From positions 15,349,952 to 15,413,951 of the forward strand of contig NC_052171.1 in NCBI RefSeq assembly GCF_902713615.1: 64,000 nucleotides of DNA, given 5' to 3'. Shown piece by piece: positions 61,491-64,000 of the stretch. Position 1 is the stretch's first letter. Every line of letters begins with the position of its first letter. Position numbers and translations under genes: made by a program. The notes beneath the pieces were generated by a model. That model saw nothing but the letters and a program-made list of their open reading frames with translations. It did no database searches and was not told the origin of the DNA. Source of the stretch: Scyliorhinus canicula. Lineage: Eukaryota.

Positions 61491-61789
61491 TGGCCATTAC
61501 AAGTAAATTTACACGAGTGTTCAATCAATGGCAGAGTCAGGACTCTGCATCTGTAAGCTGTGTTGCAAAGTGTAAATGGTCCAATGTTCTGGGAACCAGT
61601 GCCATTTGACATGAATACAAGAAACCTAGATCTACCACATGTTACAGACAGGTAACTGGGGATGGGTAGGGTACTGCCTCTGTGCAGGTTACTTGGTGTC
61701 GATTTTCTTGAATCAGAATCGAAATGCCCAGTAACTGTGCAAAAGCAGCTCACCCAGCTCCATTCATTGCCTGACACCAGCAATGCTTG

Positions 61790-62075
61790 GGACAAAGGGG
61801 TAGCTGATTTAAAGCAGAGATGAAGAGAAATTATTGATTGAAAAGGGACCTGAATCTGTGGAATTCATGACCCAGAGTGCTGTGGATACCAGGACTTTGA
61901 GTAAATTTAAGGAGGAGATAGACAGATGTTTAATCAGTAATGGGGTGAAGGGTTACGGAGAATGGGCAGGAAATTTGGTTTGAGGCCAAGAGGAGATCAG
62001 CCATGATTGTATTGAATGGCAAAGCGGACTCGAGGGGCTGAATTGCCCACTCCTGTATCTAGCTCTTACGTTCTT
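61790..62075 (+). mobile_element. CR1 3' fragment
   Basis: NLWNS...FKEEIDRCL and CR1 tail. Confidence 0.75.
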
Positions 62076-62431
62076 GTATATTCATGGACAATCCATGGGG
62101 AGATTGGGCATTTGGTCAGATGAACAGCATGCAGTGGTAGGTGAACGTGAATTTAATTCGACAGGTGACCTTCCTTGCTCGCTACAGTCTTTTCAGCAAA
62201 GTGGGGGAAAAGCTGCGTTGATCCAACAATCGGATTTGGGAAAGATTGTAAACCCCTCAGTATCCTCTTCTGCTTCACCAAATCCCTTGAATGCCTCGCC
62301 CCACCGGTAACGGAGTGTCCAATGAGGGGGAGAATCCAGCAGTGTGAAGGAAAAGGCGGCGATCCGTTTCCGATGCGCCTCCGGTCCCGCGGGCGGTAGG
62401 ATTGAGGTTCGTACCCTGTGCCAGGCAGCAT

Positions 62432-63167
62432 GGGTGAGATTCTCCCATATGGGGAGAAATCGTAAGGCTGGCGTCAAATCCGGGCGGGTTTGACGCCAGC
62501 CCCCCCTTCCCGACCGGGAACCGATTCTGGTCCCCGGTCGGGGCTAGCATCCCGACGCCGTAAACTCCGGCATCGCGGACTTAACGAATTTCGTTAAGCC
62601 CGCTTGCCAGAGTTAGCGCCGGCTGACGCGTCATATGACGTCAGCCGCGCATGCGCGGATTGGAAGACTCCAACCCGCGCATACGCGGATGACGTCATCG
62701 CGCATTTGCGCGAAACCCGCGCATGCGCGGGCCGGGATGCCCCTCAGCCGCCCCGAGAATGGATACTGCGGGGTGGCGGAAGGACAAATAGTGCGCGGGC
62801 ATCGGGCCCGCTGCCCGCGATCGGTGCCCACCGATCGTGGGCCCATGGCACCCTTGGCACGGCCGTGGTACTGCCGTGCCAATCGGTGCCATGGTTATAA
62901 AAAGCGAGAGTTTACGGCCGTTTTTACGAACGGCCAGACCAGGTGGGTTTGCCGTTCGTAAAAACAGCCGTAAAGGGCTGGGAACTCGGCCCATCCATCA
63001 GCTGTGAATCGCTGCCGGCCGTAAAAAAACGGCGGCAGCGATTCGTGTCGGGAGTTGGGCGTGGGGGGGGGGGGGAGAATAGCGGGAGGGCGTCGGAACA
63101 GCGTGGCCGTAAAATTTTACGAGCCACGCTATTCTCCGCACCGTCGGGAGTGCGGAGAATCTCGCCC
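62432..63167. mobile_element. PIF/Harbinger-type MITE
   Basis: TIR gggtgagattctcc / ggagaatctcgccc, 3-bp TSD CAT (62429-62431, 63168-63170); homologous to 5170-5895; appears nested in another GC-rich element. Confidence 0.88.
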
Positions 63168-64000
63168 CATATTCTTCGGGCCCGTGCGATTCTCCACCCT
63201 CTGGGCTGTAAATCATGTGGGCGAGAATCACAACAGGTCCTGGCATGCGTGGCCCTGATGCGTTTATCATCGCGGTGGGCCAAGGAGGTAACTCTTTAAG
63301 GGAGTTCCCCCCCAAAGTCCACCCGAGGGCCACCCCCCCGCCCACAATGAAGACCCCCACGGAGACCCCCTAAATAGAGAGCCCCCCTCAAAGACCCCCT
63401 AAAGGGATCCTTAAATTAGGAGACCACTGTGCAGAAAAGAAACTCCTGTCTGGAAGCTCCTGTCCAGTGAAAGAGACCATGGTGCTGACATAAGCAAGAA
63501 CGACCTTGTTGGTCCAGAAGACAGCCGATGCATTTTGATTGTGTGTGAAGTGCTTTGGGATACTTCAAGCCGATGAGGTGCGATGTAAATTTGATTTTTC
63601 GTCAATTATCAACAATGCTGTTTTATTTTGCCAGATGCTTCTTTTGATTCAAGGCAGCAAACCTGAAACTCTTCAGCTGTGAAGGAGTGTCCGTCTGATA
63701 GAACTGGTGCCTCTGATTGTGAAGTTGATTGCTGAAGAGTAAAATTACATATTACATCTTGGAACAATGGAAAGCATGGCAGAGATTGGACCAAGATCAC
63801 AGCAATGATGTATCGGTGTTGGAGTCATTATGCATTTTGTAAAGTTAGTTTCACATCAAATTTTGGTTCTTTCATTCCTGATTCCCTTGGTCTGATTTAA
63901 ATCACACTGGCAAGGGACAAGGCCGCAACTGCTTGACAGGAGAATGTTCCAGAATAGAAAGTTCATTGGACTATCAGGCTTGCCAAATTTAAGTTTGATC

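Noticed and set aside
62604-63360. Cluster of overlapping ORFs resembling a CpG-island gene start
   Set aside because: Lies within TIR/TSD-bounded MITE sequence; the ORFs reflect high GC content

Overview
Repeat-dense, apparently non-coding eukaryotic DNA from a cartilaginous fish (inferred from HE1/V-SINE-type tRNA SINEs, Deu-domain SINEs and CR1 LINEs typical of sharks). No convincing host protein-coding gene; it looks like a large intron or gene desert, with several AT-rich, repeat-free islands that resemble conserved enhancers. Main content: (1) a near-complete Gypsy LTR retrotransposon (35726-40372, minus strand, 5-bp TSD) with no tRNA primer-binding site but a 13-nt PBS complementary to its own LTR, i.e. 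a candidate self-priming element; (2) a Penelope-like element folded into a ~600-bp-arm near-perfect palindrome (23090-24345) carrying GIY-YIG coding sequence and a minimal hammerhead ribozyme in each arm, plus two miniature relatives; (3) an old ~1-kb-arm inverted duplication (57920-60960); (4) four solo LTRs with TSDs, CpG-rich Harbinger-type MITEs with internal hairpins, ~20 SINEs with shuffled head/tail modules, CR1, L1-like and Rex/Babar fragments; (5) several short templated insertions at lesion sites. Boundaries backed by a TSD are exact; the others are approximate.
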